A stretch of DNA of 63,125 nucleotides, the filler included, from Octopus bimaculoides (Eukaryota), in assembly GCF_001194135.2 (NCBI RefSeq). It is 5 parts of 5 records of this genome, joined end to end, with 100 filler letters (N's around TTAATTAATTAA, not from the genome) between each part and the next. Parts side by side here need not be neighbours in the genome. Positions count along the whole stretch, not along the records: positions 1 to 30,347 come from NC_068987.1; positions 30,448 to 37,828 come from NC_068985.1; positions 37,929 to 50,299 come from NC_068984.1; 2 more parts are not named here. One strand, given 5' to 3'. Shown in pieces: positions 25,632 through 38,540 of the stretch. Every line of letters begins with the position of its first letter. Position 1 is the first letter of the stretch. Both the position numbers and the translations under genes were made by a program. The notes under the pieces were generated by a model, which saw only the letters and a program-made list of their open reading frames with translations, searched no databases and had not been told where the DNA came from.

Positions 25632-25876
25632 GTTCGTTAACGCCCGTTGTAGCTGTAGTGAACGCCATCTGTCTAATCTTTATCGCAGTCGCCATCATAG
25701 TCGTTCTTCTGATCTTTCTTTTGTTTTTCTAAGAATTGTTAATATTTTTTCCCCAACTTCATCGCTATTTATATTTTTACACTTTAGTTCCTACAGATAA
25801 GGAAGCAATCAATATTACAAAAGTTGAATTATATAGTAACATACGCCCACACAAACAAAACCATACGTATATGTAC

Positions 25877-25910
<34 letters not shown>

Positions 25911-26662
25911 ATATATATACATACGTAGACACACACTTATATGCATAAATGTATAGAGTGAGTAGGTGAAAGATTAATATAGGTAGCACAGAATAATTGC
26001 ACAAATGGATGGGAATTTAAACTCCAGTTTCATCCAGAACTGGCACCTCGGCATCGAAAGTCGGTTACAAGAACAATCCTTATCGCCTCGTCGAGTTGTT
26101 AATAAGATGGTAAAGTAGATAAACACCGTTAGACTTGAGACGTATATTTACATAGAGAGCAAAAAGTACAGATTAGAAAAATAAAGAAAAAAAAGGAAGT
26201 AAAACAGAAAAAAAAGGATTTTATATAGTCTTATCTCGACAGCTGTTTCAAGAGATCCGTAACATACGAAATAACCATGTTCGTAATTTATGAAAAATGT
26301 CATAGGTTTGCGTCTGGTGAGAAGTTCCACTGATATTGTTAAAGCAAAATTAGGTGCACTTTTGCAACAGCAGAGTGGATTCTAGCTATGAAGATGCTAT
26401 TTCATCAAGAACAGTACCTGGGTTTATTTCTACTCTCCAGATATATGAATGTCTAATATTTCAGGTTTTTTCTCGTCGATGATGAGGATGGAAGTAGTAA
26501 GGAACTAATGAATCGCTGCTGTTTCATACTTCTGATTTGTTTGGCAATGAGCGTGGGTTGGCAGACGACCTTGGCTTCTCAGTTACTGACATTGAGGCTC
26601 AAAGCTTTGCTCGCATTAGAGAAGCGTTTAACAAGCTCTTCTGCCTCTTTGATATGTGCGTG

Positions 26663-26881
26663 TCTGGCAGAACCGTTAGCACGCCGGGCGACATGATTAG
26701 CGGTATTTCGTCTGCCGTTACGTTCTGAGTTCAAATTCCGCCGAGGTCGACTTTGCCTTTCATCCTTTCGGGGTCGATTAAATAAGTAGCTGTTACGCAT
26801 TGGGGGTCGATCTAATCGAGTTAATCCCTTTGTCAGTCGTTGTTTATCCCCTCTATGTTTAGCCCCCTGTGGGCAATAAAG

Positions 26882-26882
<1 letters not shown>
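26663..26882 (+). mobile_element. SINE family B (alternative 3' tail)
   Basis: Family B head and body; tail CCCCTCTATGTTTAGCCCCCTGTGGGCAATAAAG. Other B copies at ~8690-8920, 28490-28710, 29110-29760 (several), 33940-34360 (all -) and 15170-15320, 18450-18610, 55190-55310 (+). Confidence 0.85.
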
Positions 26883-26912
<30 letters not shown>

Positions 26913-27000
26913 AGTTTTTAAGAGTGCAGTTCGATTTTAATGGTTATTTTTTCAAAGCTATAATGGAAGTGACGAAGGGGGATATTCGGCATATTTTGCA
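26913..27000 (+). mobile_element. Short 5' fragment of the same mariner family
   Basis: AGTGCAGTTCGATTTTAA...ATGGAAGTGACGAAGGGGGATATTCGGCATATTTTGC matches ~51671-51745 of the larger copy and keeps the ATG. Confidence 0.8.
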
Positions 27001-27639
27001 CTCATACATATATACATACATACACGCACATATATACATACAAACATACACACACATACATACATGAACACATATACATGCATACATACATAATATACAC
27101 GTGCATACATATACATACACACATACATACATACACACATACATACACATTCACACATGCATACATACATACATACGCATACATACATACATACATGCAT
27201 ACGCTCATACATGCATACATACATACATACAACTGCGAATTGTAATTCTGGATAATTCGAAGTGTCTGCCTAAACTATCATCTACAAAAGCTGTCGCATT
27301 TGTGAAGATTTTGTGTAGTCATTAACGGTTCTTATGATCACATTAGATAGACTGCAGACAGTGTTTTCGTCATTGCTACTGTATTTTAATCCGCAGTGAT
27401 ATCTCTTTTGAATCTATAGAAATACCAAGGCTTATTTTCAAATCATAAAAATATTAATTCGATTATCCGAACGATTGACGCATCTTATCCAGCGCGTCTT
27501 TTTTCTATTCCGGCGAAAGGAACTCTTTTTCCTACAAGTTTCCACAGCAATCGTTGATGAACCAACGGAAAGCCTCTATGTGGTCGCTGTGTATGTTAGA
27601 TATAGCAGCCAAATCCCCCATACAATGCCCTATGCCGTT

Positions 27640-28055
27640 AGGCATGACTGTGGTGTAAGAAGTTTGCTTCCCAACCACATGGTTCTGGTTTCAGAATTTG
27701 GCACTTTAGGCATTTGGCACTTTAGGCAAATGCTTTGTACTAGAGCCTCGGGCTGACCAAAACCTTGTGAGTGGATTTGGTAGACGGAAACTGAAAGAAG
27801 CCCGTCGAATATAGATATATTTTTATTTATGTATGTGTGTATACGTTTGTGTGTCTGTGTTTGTCCCCCCAACATCGCTTGACAACCGATGCTGGTGTGT
27901 TTACGTCCCCATAACTTAGCGGTTCGGCAAAAGAGACCGATAGAATAAGTACTAGGCTTACAAAGAATAAGTCCTGGGGTCGATTTGCTTGACTAAAGGC
28001 GGTACTCCAGCATGGCCACAGTCAAATGACTGAAACAAGTAAAAGAGTAAAGAGT
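27640..28055 (+). mobile_element. SINE family A copy
   Basis: Same body (GGATTTGGTAGACGGAAACTGAAAGAAGCCCGTCG; GAATAAGTACTAGGCTTACAAAGAATAAGTCCTGGGGTCG) and tail. Confidence 0.85.
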
Positions 28056-28090
28056 ATTCTAAAGATTTTGGAAAAGCTGTTTTGCTCTAA

Positions 28091-29104
28091 ATTTCTTGAG
28101 AATGACCCATTTTCAGAAGGTTGAAAAAAGACTTGATAAAATGTATTATCAGAAATGTGAAGTAATATAATTAAAAGAGTCAGGTCTTTCGTAGTGTGTC
28201 AGTTCCAATTTAATAAGAAGATTAAAAGAAAATTGAATATTTCATTCCCAGAATGGAATTAAAGAGCTGCATCTTTTAATTGCAATTTTATTTAAACAAA
28301 CCACAGAAACGGGAAAAGTCAAGATTTTATCGATAAACTGAAGCGAAAGCATTCACTATTGAACAAATTAAACAATGAAATGGAATTGTTCCATACTGAA
28401 ATCGGAACCAAATAGGGTTATAAATTCCTGCTACTTTTACACCCAAAATTCTACAGATTTCCTATTTTCATTTAAAATTCTTTCGACTAAAAGGCACAAG
28501 GCCTGAAATTTTGAGGGAGGAGACCCTAGTATCCAACATAGACCCTAGTATCCAACATAGATCCTAATATCCAACTGGTACTTGTTTTATCAACCCCGAA
28601 AGGATGAAAGGCAAAGTCGACCCCGACGGCGTTTGAACTCAGAACGTAAAGACGATCGAAATGCTGCCAAGCATTTTGTCCGGAATGCTAACGGTTCTGT
28701 TAATTCACCGACTTGACTTTTCCCGTTTCTGTGGTTTGTTTAAATAAAATTGCAATTAAAAGATGCAGCTCTTTAATTCCATTCTGGGAATGAAATATTC
28801 AATTTTCTTTTAATCTATTAAATTGGAACTCACTCATTAACGAAAGACCTGACTCTTTTAATTATATTGCTCTACATTATTTACGGATTTGACGGATATG
28901 TGTCCTCATCTTGTTTGTTGTTAACACAACGTTTCGGCTGATATACCCTCCAGCCTTCATCAAGTGTCTTGGGGAAATTTACGCCAAATGTAAATAATGT
29001 ACATAATTCCTCTTAAATATAGAAATATATTACTTCACATTTCTGTTAATACATTTTATCAAGTCTTTTTTCAACCTTCTGAAAATGGGCCATTTTCAAG
29101 AAAT
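28091..29104. repeat. Long inverted repeat, ~230-bp arms
   Basis: Left arm 28091-28323; right arm 28712-~28868 plus ~29025-29104, split by the hammerhead-element insertion; near-identical after reverse complement. Confidence 0.9.
28923..28968 (-). ncRNA. Hammerhead motif copy with C3U core mutation
   Basis: Reverse complement GACAC-TTGATGA-A-GGCTG..CAGCC-GAAA-CGTT-GTGTT. Confidence 0.6.
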
Positions 29105-30227
29105 ATTGGTTTCAAATTTTGGCACAAGGCCAGCAAGTTCGTGGGGAGAAGCTATATCGATTACATCGACCCCAGTACTCAGCTGGTACTTATATCATCG
29201 ACCTCGAAAAGATGAAAGGGCAAAGATGGCCTCGGAAGCATCTGATCACAACCGTAAAGACCTGGAACAAATGCCACAATGCATTTTTCTCCTGCGTGTG
29301 ACCCTTCTGACTGCTTCCTACCTTCAGAATCATAATGTCCGTTTCAAATTTTGGCACAAGGCCAGCGATTTAGGGTGAGGGGGTGAGGGGGTGAAGGTCG
29401 ATTACTTCAACCCTAGTGTTCAACTAGTACTTATTTTATTGACCACGAAAGGAACGAGAGGCAAAGACGACCTCGTTGGCGTTTGAACTCAGTACACAAA
29501 GACGGACGAAATGCGGCTAAGCATTTTGTCCGGCGTGCTAACGATTCTGCCAAATTGTCGCCTTATGGTCTTGATATAATGGTTAGAAACTTTAGCACAA
29601 GACCAACAATTTTGGGGATGGGAATAAGTCGATTGCATAGACCTCCATTATTCAACTGGTACTTATTTTATCGACCCCGAAAGGATGAAGGGCAAAGTCA
29701 ACGGACGAAATGCCGCTAAGCATTTCGTCCGGCGTACTAACGATTCTACCAGCTCGCTGCCTTCTCCAGAGACATAGATACCAAAGCTGGAAACAGATCC
29801 GAGCTGTCTCCGCCGTTGGTCGCTCTATTATTGTATACTGTTTAATTAATCATGATACATGACATAATCATTATAAAAGTTACATACGTCGTTGTAGGGA
29901 AGAGTATTCGGGATTAACGAGAGGACTGAAGCAAGGTAATCACTAAAGTAGAGGTCAATGCATCATGTTATGTTATACTGTGATAAACATCTGCTAGAGC
30001 AAGGTCAGACAATGTACTTTACATATAACAAACAAAAGGTGAAACCTTCTTGTTATGTATTGATGTCTTACTTTCCATACGCTATACTTCCTGCTGCTGC
30101 TGCTGCTGCTGCTGCTGTTGTTGTTGTTGTCGTTGTTGTTGTTGTTAGCTCATATCGACCAAGCTTTCATCAAAGATATTCTAGTCGTCGCTGTTTTGCG
30201 TTCTTTTAAAAATTATGCACAGTATCA

Positions 30228-30722
30228 GGCGTAGGAGTGGCTGTGCGGTAAGTAGCTTGCTTACCAACCACATGGTTCCGGGTTCAGTCCCACTGCGTGG
30301 CACCTTGGGAAAGTGTCTTCTTCTATAGCCTCGGGCCGACCAAAGCCNNNNNNNNNNNNNNNNNNNNNNNNNNNNNNNNNNNNNNNNNNNNTTAATTAAT
30401 TAANNNNNNNNNNNNNNNNNNNNNNNNNNNNNNNNNNNNNNNNNNNNGGTCATCAGCATAGAGGAGCTCCCAGGGGCAACCTGTCTTGAATTCCTCTGTG
30501 ATATATATGTATATGTGTGTGTGTGTTTGTCCCCCTAGCATTGCTTGACAACCGATGCTGGTGTGTTTATGTCTCCGTCACTTAGCGGTTCGGCAAAAGA
30601 GACTAATAGAATAAGTACTAGGCTTACAAAGAATAAGTCCTAGGGTCGATTTGCTCGACTAAAGGCGGTGCTCCAGCATGGCCGCAGTCAAATGACTGAA
30701 ACAAATAAAAGAGTAAAAGAGT
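30228..30722 (+). mobile_element. tRNA-derived SINE, working family A (gapped copy)
   Basis: Head GGCGTAGGAGTGGCTGTGCGGTAAG...GGTTCAGTCCC and 3' end AAATGACTGAAACAAATAAAAGAGTAAAAGAGT, with an internal microsatellite. More than 12 related copies in the window. Confidence 0.85.
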
Positions 30723-31769
30723 CATTTATCTTGGTCATAGTACTTTTTAAAAGAATATCTTGGTGGGTAGTTTCCTTAACCATCTTGATTAACCATCTTC
30801 AAAAGACTCTTGTTAATTAAAACAGCTCAACAAATTTTATGATCTATTCAAACAGACAGGCATTATCTTTTACTTGTTTCAGTCATTGAACTGCAGCCAT
30901 GCTGGAGCAGTCTTGAATGGCTCAGTAAAATACTGTAAACTTTATCAACATATTTTACAATGGCTTAGTCAGAGGAGGAAGGGTAGCCCCTATGGTCCTT
31001 TTCATTAACTTCGACTGGTGAGACAAAGGGATTCCCAGATCAGATACCTTTCTCAAATACTTACTACAAAGTTGGCATCACTCAAGTCACTCGAAATAGA
31101 GGTGGAGGTATTAAACAAGATTATGAGCTAAATCTACCACCCAAAAATAGGAATGGTCCTTATGAGCTTTCACAGTTTCTACCAAGCTAACTGACACAAA
31201 ATGGGTGACATAACAGTTGTGAAACCATACCTGCATTCGTTAACATTGTTATGAAAATTATTGTCTCAAGTCTTAGAGCCCATAAGGCTAGCTACTTGGT
31301 CTCCATGTATAAGTCACTGGAATCATAACACTCCCCTTGAACAGGACATCAGTCTGTCACAGGGTTACTCATTTAACCCTTTTGATACTAACTTCCTTGG
31401 GACTGCCCCTGGAAGTACTAACACACACATACTAATAATATATACAGTCACACATGATGGGCTTCTTTTGATGTCTGTTTACCAAATGCATTCATAGGAA
31501 TTTGATCAGCCTGGGGCTATAGTAGGAGACACTTACCCAAGGTGCCATGCTGTGGGACCGAACCCAGAACCGTGTGGTTGAGAAACAAGCTTCTTAACCA
31601 CACAGTCACACCTACCATGCCTGTGCTTCTGTAATTATAGAAATACTGCAAAGCAAGACAAAATATGCAGGTGAAGCCTTTTCCAACACACACATGCACT
31701 TGTGTATATATATATATATAGATGTGAGTGGATTTGGTAGATGGAAACTGAAAGAAGCCCTTCGTATAT

Positions 31770-31993
31770 ATCATCATCATCGTTTAACGTCCGCTTTCCA
31801 TGCTAGCATGGGTTGGACGATTTGACTGAGGACTGGTGAAACCGGATGGCAACATCAGGCTCCAATCTAATTTGGCAGAGTTTCTACAGCTGGATACCCT
31901 TCCTAACGCCAACCACTCAGAGAGTGTAGTGGGTGCTTTTACGTGTCACCCACACGAAAACGGCCACGCTCGAAATGGTGTCTTTTATGTGCC
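31770..31993 (-). mobile_element. SINE 3' part with (GAT)n tail
   Basis: Reverse complement GTTGGCGTTAGGAAGGGTATCCAGCTGTAGAAAC...CATGGAAAGCGGACGTTAAACGATGATGATG. Degenerate second copy at ~33255-33480. Confidence 0.65.
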
Positions 31994-34519
31994 NNNNNNN
32001 NNNNNNNNNNNNNNNNNNNNNNNNNNNNNNNNNNNNNNNNNNNNNNNNNNNNNNNNNNNNNNNNNNNNNNNNNNNNNNNNNNNNNNNNNNNNNNNNNNNN
32101 NNNNNNNNNNNNNNNNNNNNNNNNNNNNNNNNNNNNNNNNNNNNNNNNNNNNNNNNNNNNNNNNNNNNNNNNNNNNNNNNNNNNNNNNNNNNNNNNNNNN
32201 NNNNNNNNNNNNNNNNNNNNNNNNNNNNNNNNNNNNNNNNNNNNNNNNNNNNNNGTTTACATCCCCGTAACTTAGCAGTTCGGCAAAAGAGACCGATAGA
32301 ATAAGTTCTAGGCTTACAAAGAATAAGTCCTGGGGTCGATTTGCTCGACTAAAGGTGGTGCTCCAGCATGGCCGCAGTCAAATGACTGAAACGAGTAAAG
32401 AGTAAACTCCAGAATATGCACTACCAACCCATTTTGAAAGCACTATCTTTTTGATTGAAGAAACACAAAAATATACTGAAATAACAACTGCTACTTTGAA
32501 CTCAAATTCTGTTAAGATTTACCTTTAGTAAATCTCAAAGTGGATCTTGTCAATGTCTTTTGTGGCTACAATTGGAGTCTTTCATTTTACTTGAACAAAA
32601 TACTCTGATCATCATGTTACACCCTTTCATAACTATCTACAGCAAAATGGAATGTAAAGTATGACTTCAAATGAAGCCAATATGATCAATTTGATATGTC
32701 CTGTAAATTAGCATGGTGACAGACATACTACATATCCTGTTACTGAAGGGATTTGTGTGGTGGTGTTCCATCATTTGTCTTTAAAAGCTAATATCACCTG
32801 GAATTGTTGCTTGTCAGAGAGGTAATGTAGCTTACAACCATAATCTGTCCTTAAAGTACAAGCAGGATTAAAAAGGTCTGTTTGGAAGTCTGATCTGTAA
32901 TCTCATTGTTTGAAGGAGGCTGTACCTTATTTTGTTAATCTAGGAAATCCAAGAGGTCAAGTTAATCTCAGTGTAATTTGAAATTCAAGCATAAAAGACC
33001 AGATCTGGGTACCCCAAAGCATTTTATCTGAGGTTCATGAAAATTAGCATTTAATCAAAACAATCTCTATCATTTTAAAATTCACTTTTCCATACTTGCA
33101 TGAGTTGGATGGAATTTTTCAGGGCCGATCTCTCCTTGGCTGGATGCTCTTCCAATCACCAACTCTCACCAGTTTCTAAGTAAGGCAATATTCCTCCATT
33201 GTCTAGACATATCTTCATTGGCACTATCACATGATCTCAAGACAAGGACCCCCCCCATCATCATTTAATGTTTGCTTTCCATGCTGGCATGGTTTGGACA
33301 ATTTGACAGGAGCTGGCAAGGCGAGAGGCCACACCAGGTTCCATAGTCTGTTTTGGCTTGGTTTCTACTTCTGGATGTCCTTCCTAATGCCAAACTCTTT
33401 ACAGAGTGTACTGGGTGCTTTCTATGTGGCACTGTCACCAGTGCTTTTTACATGACACACTCACCTGTGCTTTTTATGTGGCACCAGCACCAATGTCTTT
33501 TACATGTACCTTGGTTTCAGGATATCAATTCTGCAGTCAGTGGCTCTTCTTGAGTACAGCAAAGCACCACATATCTCACCCCTCCTCCACAGGGCTTCTT
33601 TCAGTTTCCACCTAACATTCACAAAGCTTTCACCTGGGGTTATAGTAGAGGACACTTGCTCAAAGTGCCATGCAGTGGGACTGAACCTGAAACTATGATT
33701 GAACAGCAAAACTTCTTAACCACACAGGCACAAGACCACATTATTTTAGGGAGGCTATAATTGATTAAATTAACCCCAGCACTCGATTTGTATTTTATTT
33801 TATTGACCCACTACCTCTATAGAATTTGAACTTAGAATGTAAGAGGCCATAATTAAAACTGCAAGTTACTTTTACCTGATATACTCTATCCATTCTACAG
33901 TTCTCCTGGTCCTCTATTAATGGGTAATAATAATATAGGTTTCAAATTTTGGGGGAGGGGGTAAACTTATTACATTGACCCCAGTGCTCACCTGATACTT
34001 ATTTTATGGACCTTGAAAGGATGAATGACAAAGTCAGCTTTGGTGGAATGTCAAATCAGAACGTAGAGATGGGTAAAATGTCTCTAAGCATTTTGCCAAG
34101 CGTGCTAACAATTCTGTCAGCTTGCTACCTGGATAACAATGATATACTTTTCTACTCAAGGCACAAGGCCCGGAATTTTTTGGGAGGGAGCCAGTCGATT
34201 ACGTCGACCCCAGTACCTAACTAGTATTTAATTTATTGACCCCTGAAAGGATGAAAGGCAAAGTCAACCTTGGCGGAATTTGAACTCAGAACGTTTAGAC
34301 AGACGAAATACCGCTAAGCATTTTGCCTGGCGTGCTAACTTTTCTTCCAGCTCGCCGCCTTCTGGGTAATAATGATATAGCAAAGGGTTATGTCTTGGTA
34401 GAGCAGAAGATTAAATGATTTATATTCATCTGAATTCTGGATATAAATCTTACCATAGTCAACCATGAGGTCAAGTCCTCATCGCAGAGTGACGGCTGGT
34501 GTCCTTAAATGACCCTGAG

Positions 34520-34740
34520 AACAATGTCAGGATTGTACAAGCTCCTGGTAGGACCTCCCATACTGAACAGGTCAAAGAATAGAGGTCAGACAATATGTAC
34601 CACCTCTTTGTGTAGGAGGCTATACCTCTAGCTAGAAAAAAAAGCAAAGTTACAGAATCATCAATGATATTTCAAAACCAACAAGACCTGAAAGAGGAAG
34701 GCCTTCCATACTGAGGGAGGGCCCTTCCCAGAGTGGAGAA
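34520..34740 (+). repeat. Unclassified interspersed repeat (four copies), possibly a LINE 5' region
   Basis: CAGGTCAAAGAATAGAGG(T/C)CA..CTAATATAGACCACCTCT-like segment shared with ~4130-4400 (-), 35050-35300 (-) and 49100-49320 (+). Confidence 0.55.
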
Positions 34741-37700
34741 AAGCCAATGGCCTATGCTTCTCAGGGAGCAAAGGGCTTAAATAAGTAATAGCCAATTTCA
34801 CAAAGTTTCATCAATTTAAATACGTTATTAGAACTCTGTGATTTGGTAAATAGTAACTTACTTCTAGATAGACTGTCAAAAGAAATTAATGTTATTAACA
34901 TTGTTTTGTCAAATATTTAGAATTTATAGCATTTGCTCTGCTTGGATTGAAATTTAATTTTCCATTCCTATGACACAACTTACCTAAACCCTTTTCTCCC
35001 TATGGAACATAAACTATCAATGACATTTCCATATTGTTCTTGACTCTGGGCTGTTCTCCCTGGGGGAAGAACATCCTTTCCCAGATCTTGTTGGTGTTGA
35101 ATTGTCATTGATGCTTTTGTAACTTTCTTTTTTCTAGGTAGGGTTGTTGGCCTTTCACAAACCTATTTTTACCTGTAAGAAGTGGTAGCACACCTGAGTC
35201 TGGTCTCTATCTTTTGACACTGTCCAGCATGGGAGACCTTACCAGGAGCTTGCACTCCACTGATATAACTTTCAGGCTCATTGAGACACACAAGCTACCA
35301 AACAGCCACAAGGACTGAGTCTTATGGTGGCCAATGAGACAAAGTATGATAGCACTAAAACTCATTAGGAAGACTAACACAAGAAAGTGAACTGTATGAA
35401 TCAATAATAATAATATAAAATGCATCCAATCACAAAAATAAAGAACATCGATGCAATGCATCATAACAATAATAAAAGCTGGTAATACAGGAAACATTTC
35501 AACTCATGGGAAGAAGAATCCAGGCAGTTGATATAAGAGGCTGTGGTGATGTAGAAATGTACACATATGCTCAAAAATAATGTTGATACTATGTACATAT
35601 CTCAGTATCAAATAAGAACATAACAGAATAGATATAGCTGCTGGGAGATTATGACAAAAATATAAACAGCTGACTAATGAGAAACTAACTGATCCACTAT
35701 CCAAAGTGATTTCTTACACCACTGCTTGTGCTCATTGATATTAGTTGTTTTTATGTAACAAGACCATTTAATATCAACTATGTTTAAATGCCTGAGATGA
35801 ATTGTTGATGAGAATATAGTTTTCCACATTATTAATTTCATGTTGAAACTGTATATTTACACTGTTTATATCTATACGGTTTTGACCTTTCTTCATCATT
35901 GGAGAAAGTTCAAGACTAGATTTGAATTAGGAATGAATTTGAATTAAGACTCTATAAGGTTCCAACTTTGAATCCAGTTTGGGACACTCAATATAACCAA
36001 GAATAAGACACCTGCAAATAATTGGAGAATTTAGTGCAAATCTAAATACTGTACGGTATGCCGAAGAGAATAAGAGCATGTAGAATTATAAGATAATTCA
36101 ACAATATCTTTTTGAAGCCTAACCTCCTAGAGTTTGGTTTCAAGAAAGATTCATAGAGTTTGCAATTCAATAACTCAACAAAATATTTCAAGCATTCGAT
36201 AAGTTTGTCTCAATACAGTCAAGAATGCAAACTGAATTTGCCATTCTGATTTTCAAAATATTTTCACTGAGCAGTTTCTACTTAATCAAACATCCATCTT
36301 ATAAATTATTCTCATTTCAACGAGGAAGAACTTTCATGTGTTTACCTTATGTACTCAAGAATTATATAACATAAAACAATATAATGAGGAAATATATAAC
36401 TTAATAGGATAGCTGTTCATGTCTAACCATATGAGTTTAGCATCATTTCTTATAAATGAGCAGCACAACATTCTCCAAACAAGGAAGGTACTCACAAATT
36501 TGGAATTATTTTCTGGCAAATTGCTTCTCAATGATATCTATAGAGATGAGTCCTGAATTCTGCTTTAAGAGACTAACATATATTTAGTATGCTCAAGTCA
36601 CAGAATCTTCCAGACTTTTCCTATTTAAGATAATGATGAGATTTCCATGGTAATGAGCTGTGAATTTTGAGCCTGCTTTAGCATGAGACAAGAGTCACAC
36701 CTAAGATTATTCAGAAAATGGTGGTTCTATAAGAATCACCATTTTCTGAATAATTATTCATGAGATTTATTCACACGAATGGGGTCATGTCTGTCTTAAG
36801 ACAAGTTATTAATTGGTCTTATATATTCCTAATATCAGCTTTTTAACTGCTTAATTGAAATGTTCCTAACTGAAAATGTGTGTTTTTTTTTTAATAAAAA
36901 AAGCAAACGTATACACAGAACGAACACTGGATCTCATTTTGAAGTAATCATAACAAGTAATGGTATTTTAAATATTTTCAGCTGGTAACTCGGTACTACT
37001 CAGGTAAAAAGCCATCCATCTCACTGTGAAGTGACATCTACAAATCTATATAGGTGCTTATTACCTGCAATAACATCCTTTGGAAATATTTGGACAATTT
37101 TTAATTCTACATAAAGATGAAATTAAGAAATGTTTTCCAACATTCATGCGCATCTTTTTAAATAAAATTTCAGTAAAATATAATCGGAGTATATCACCTT
37201 TCCACAAAGAAACAATAATAATCTATTGGTTCTTGGTTACATGAAACGAAACTAGTAAATAATGTGGCACAAAATTGCAAATTATATCCCTTAGAACAAT
37301 TAATGAAACAAGGGAGAGAATTATTAAACAAAACAGAGTTTCTTCTCTTGTACTGATAAATACTTAAAAGCACTGAAAAATTCATAGAAAATGCGAGTTA
37401 AGTATGATTAAGAAGTTTGCTTTGCAACCAGGTGGCTCTGAATTCACTTCCACTTTAGAGCATCATCTGCATATATCTTCTATCATAAGTATTGCTGGGC
37501 GAATATTGCATGAGTGTAATTTGGTGGATGTAACTGTTGAAAAACTTTTGAAGGCGGAGTCCCAGCCAGGGTCAAAGTCCAAATATATCTTCTATCTGTT
37601 TCAATCAGACTGTGGCCATGCTACAGAACCGCCTAAAAGAACTTTTAGTCGAAAAAATCTACTCGAGTGTTTAATTTTTTTTACTAAGCCTGGTACTTAT

Positions 37701-37772
37701 TCTATCAGACTGTCCTGCTGAACCTCTAAGTTCGTAAACACACCAACACCAGATGTCAAGCGGTGGTGGGGA

Positions 37773-37828
<56 letters not shown>

Positions 37829-37928
37829 NNNNNNNNNNNNNNNNNNNNNNNNNNNNNNNNNNNNNNNNNNNNTTAATTAATTAANNNNNNNNNNNNNNNN
37901 NNNNNNNNNNNNNNNNNNNNNNNNNNNN

Positions 37929-37989
<61 letters not shown>

Positions 37990-37990
<1 letters not shown>

Positions 37991-38540
37991 TAGCAGTAAT
38001 ACCCGTCGTTGATCAGTTAACTACTTTTACTGTATCTCGGGAGCCACATTCAAAGTATTATTATATATGTATATTTTACTCCTCCTGTATGTATGTATTT
38101 TTATAAGAGAAAAATATGTAATAACTGAAATAGAAAAAAGACCAATTTCATACATGAACTTGTGTTTGTTTATTATATGACAATAACAAGTGAGTTGTAT
38201 GTGTTATTATATTTATGAATACAGTGATGGCAATTATATAATACACTTCATTTAAAAAGGTATGTTCTTCAAGTTGTAATCCAGCAATTTTTAGTGTTTG
38301 GCCCTGACTTTTATTAATGCTGATGGCAAAAGAAAGTGGGGTAGGAAACTGTAACCGGTTAAATTGGAATGGGAGATTAGAAGATATAACTGGTATGCAA
38401 GGAATAAAAACAGTGTCACCTTTACCACAACCAGTGAGAATATTTGCCTGAATGCAGTTCCTCATAAGTTTGTGCACAATTAGTGCTGCACTATTGCATA
38501 ATTTTTGTTGAGACAAATTAGGCAATAACATAATAGCTTC
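37990..38540 (-). mobile_element. Helitron 3' fragment with PIF1-type helicase remnant
   Basis: 38256-38537 encodes KLCN...ILTGCGKGDTVFIPCIP...FQFNRLQFP..LSFAISINKSQGQTLK.AGL.L (helicase motif V region). Minus strand ends ...ACGGGTATTACTGCTAG|T at 37990, the CTRR-T Helitron terminus. Confidence 0.88.

Noticed and set aside
25059-25800. Long poly-His/Ile/Ser/Met ORFs
   Set aside because: Translations of a (CAT)n microsatellite that is open in several frames; no splice or domain evidence.
29898-29935. 38-nt plus-strand segment with AG/GT borders (and a 22-nt one near 36982-37003)
   Set aside because: Splice-like borders occur by chance at this density; peptides unrecognised and cannot be joined to anything.
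30392-30403. TTAATTAATTAA palindrome recurring four times (also 37873, 50344, 59500)
   Set aside because: Always centred in exactly 44+44 Ns; an artificial six-frame-stop scaffold spacer, not biology.
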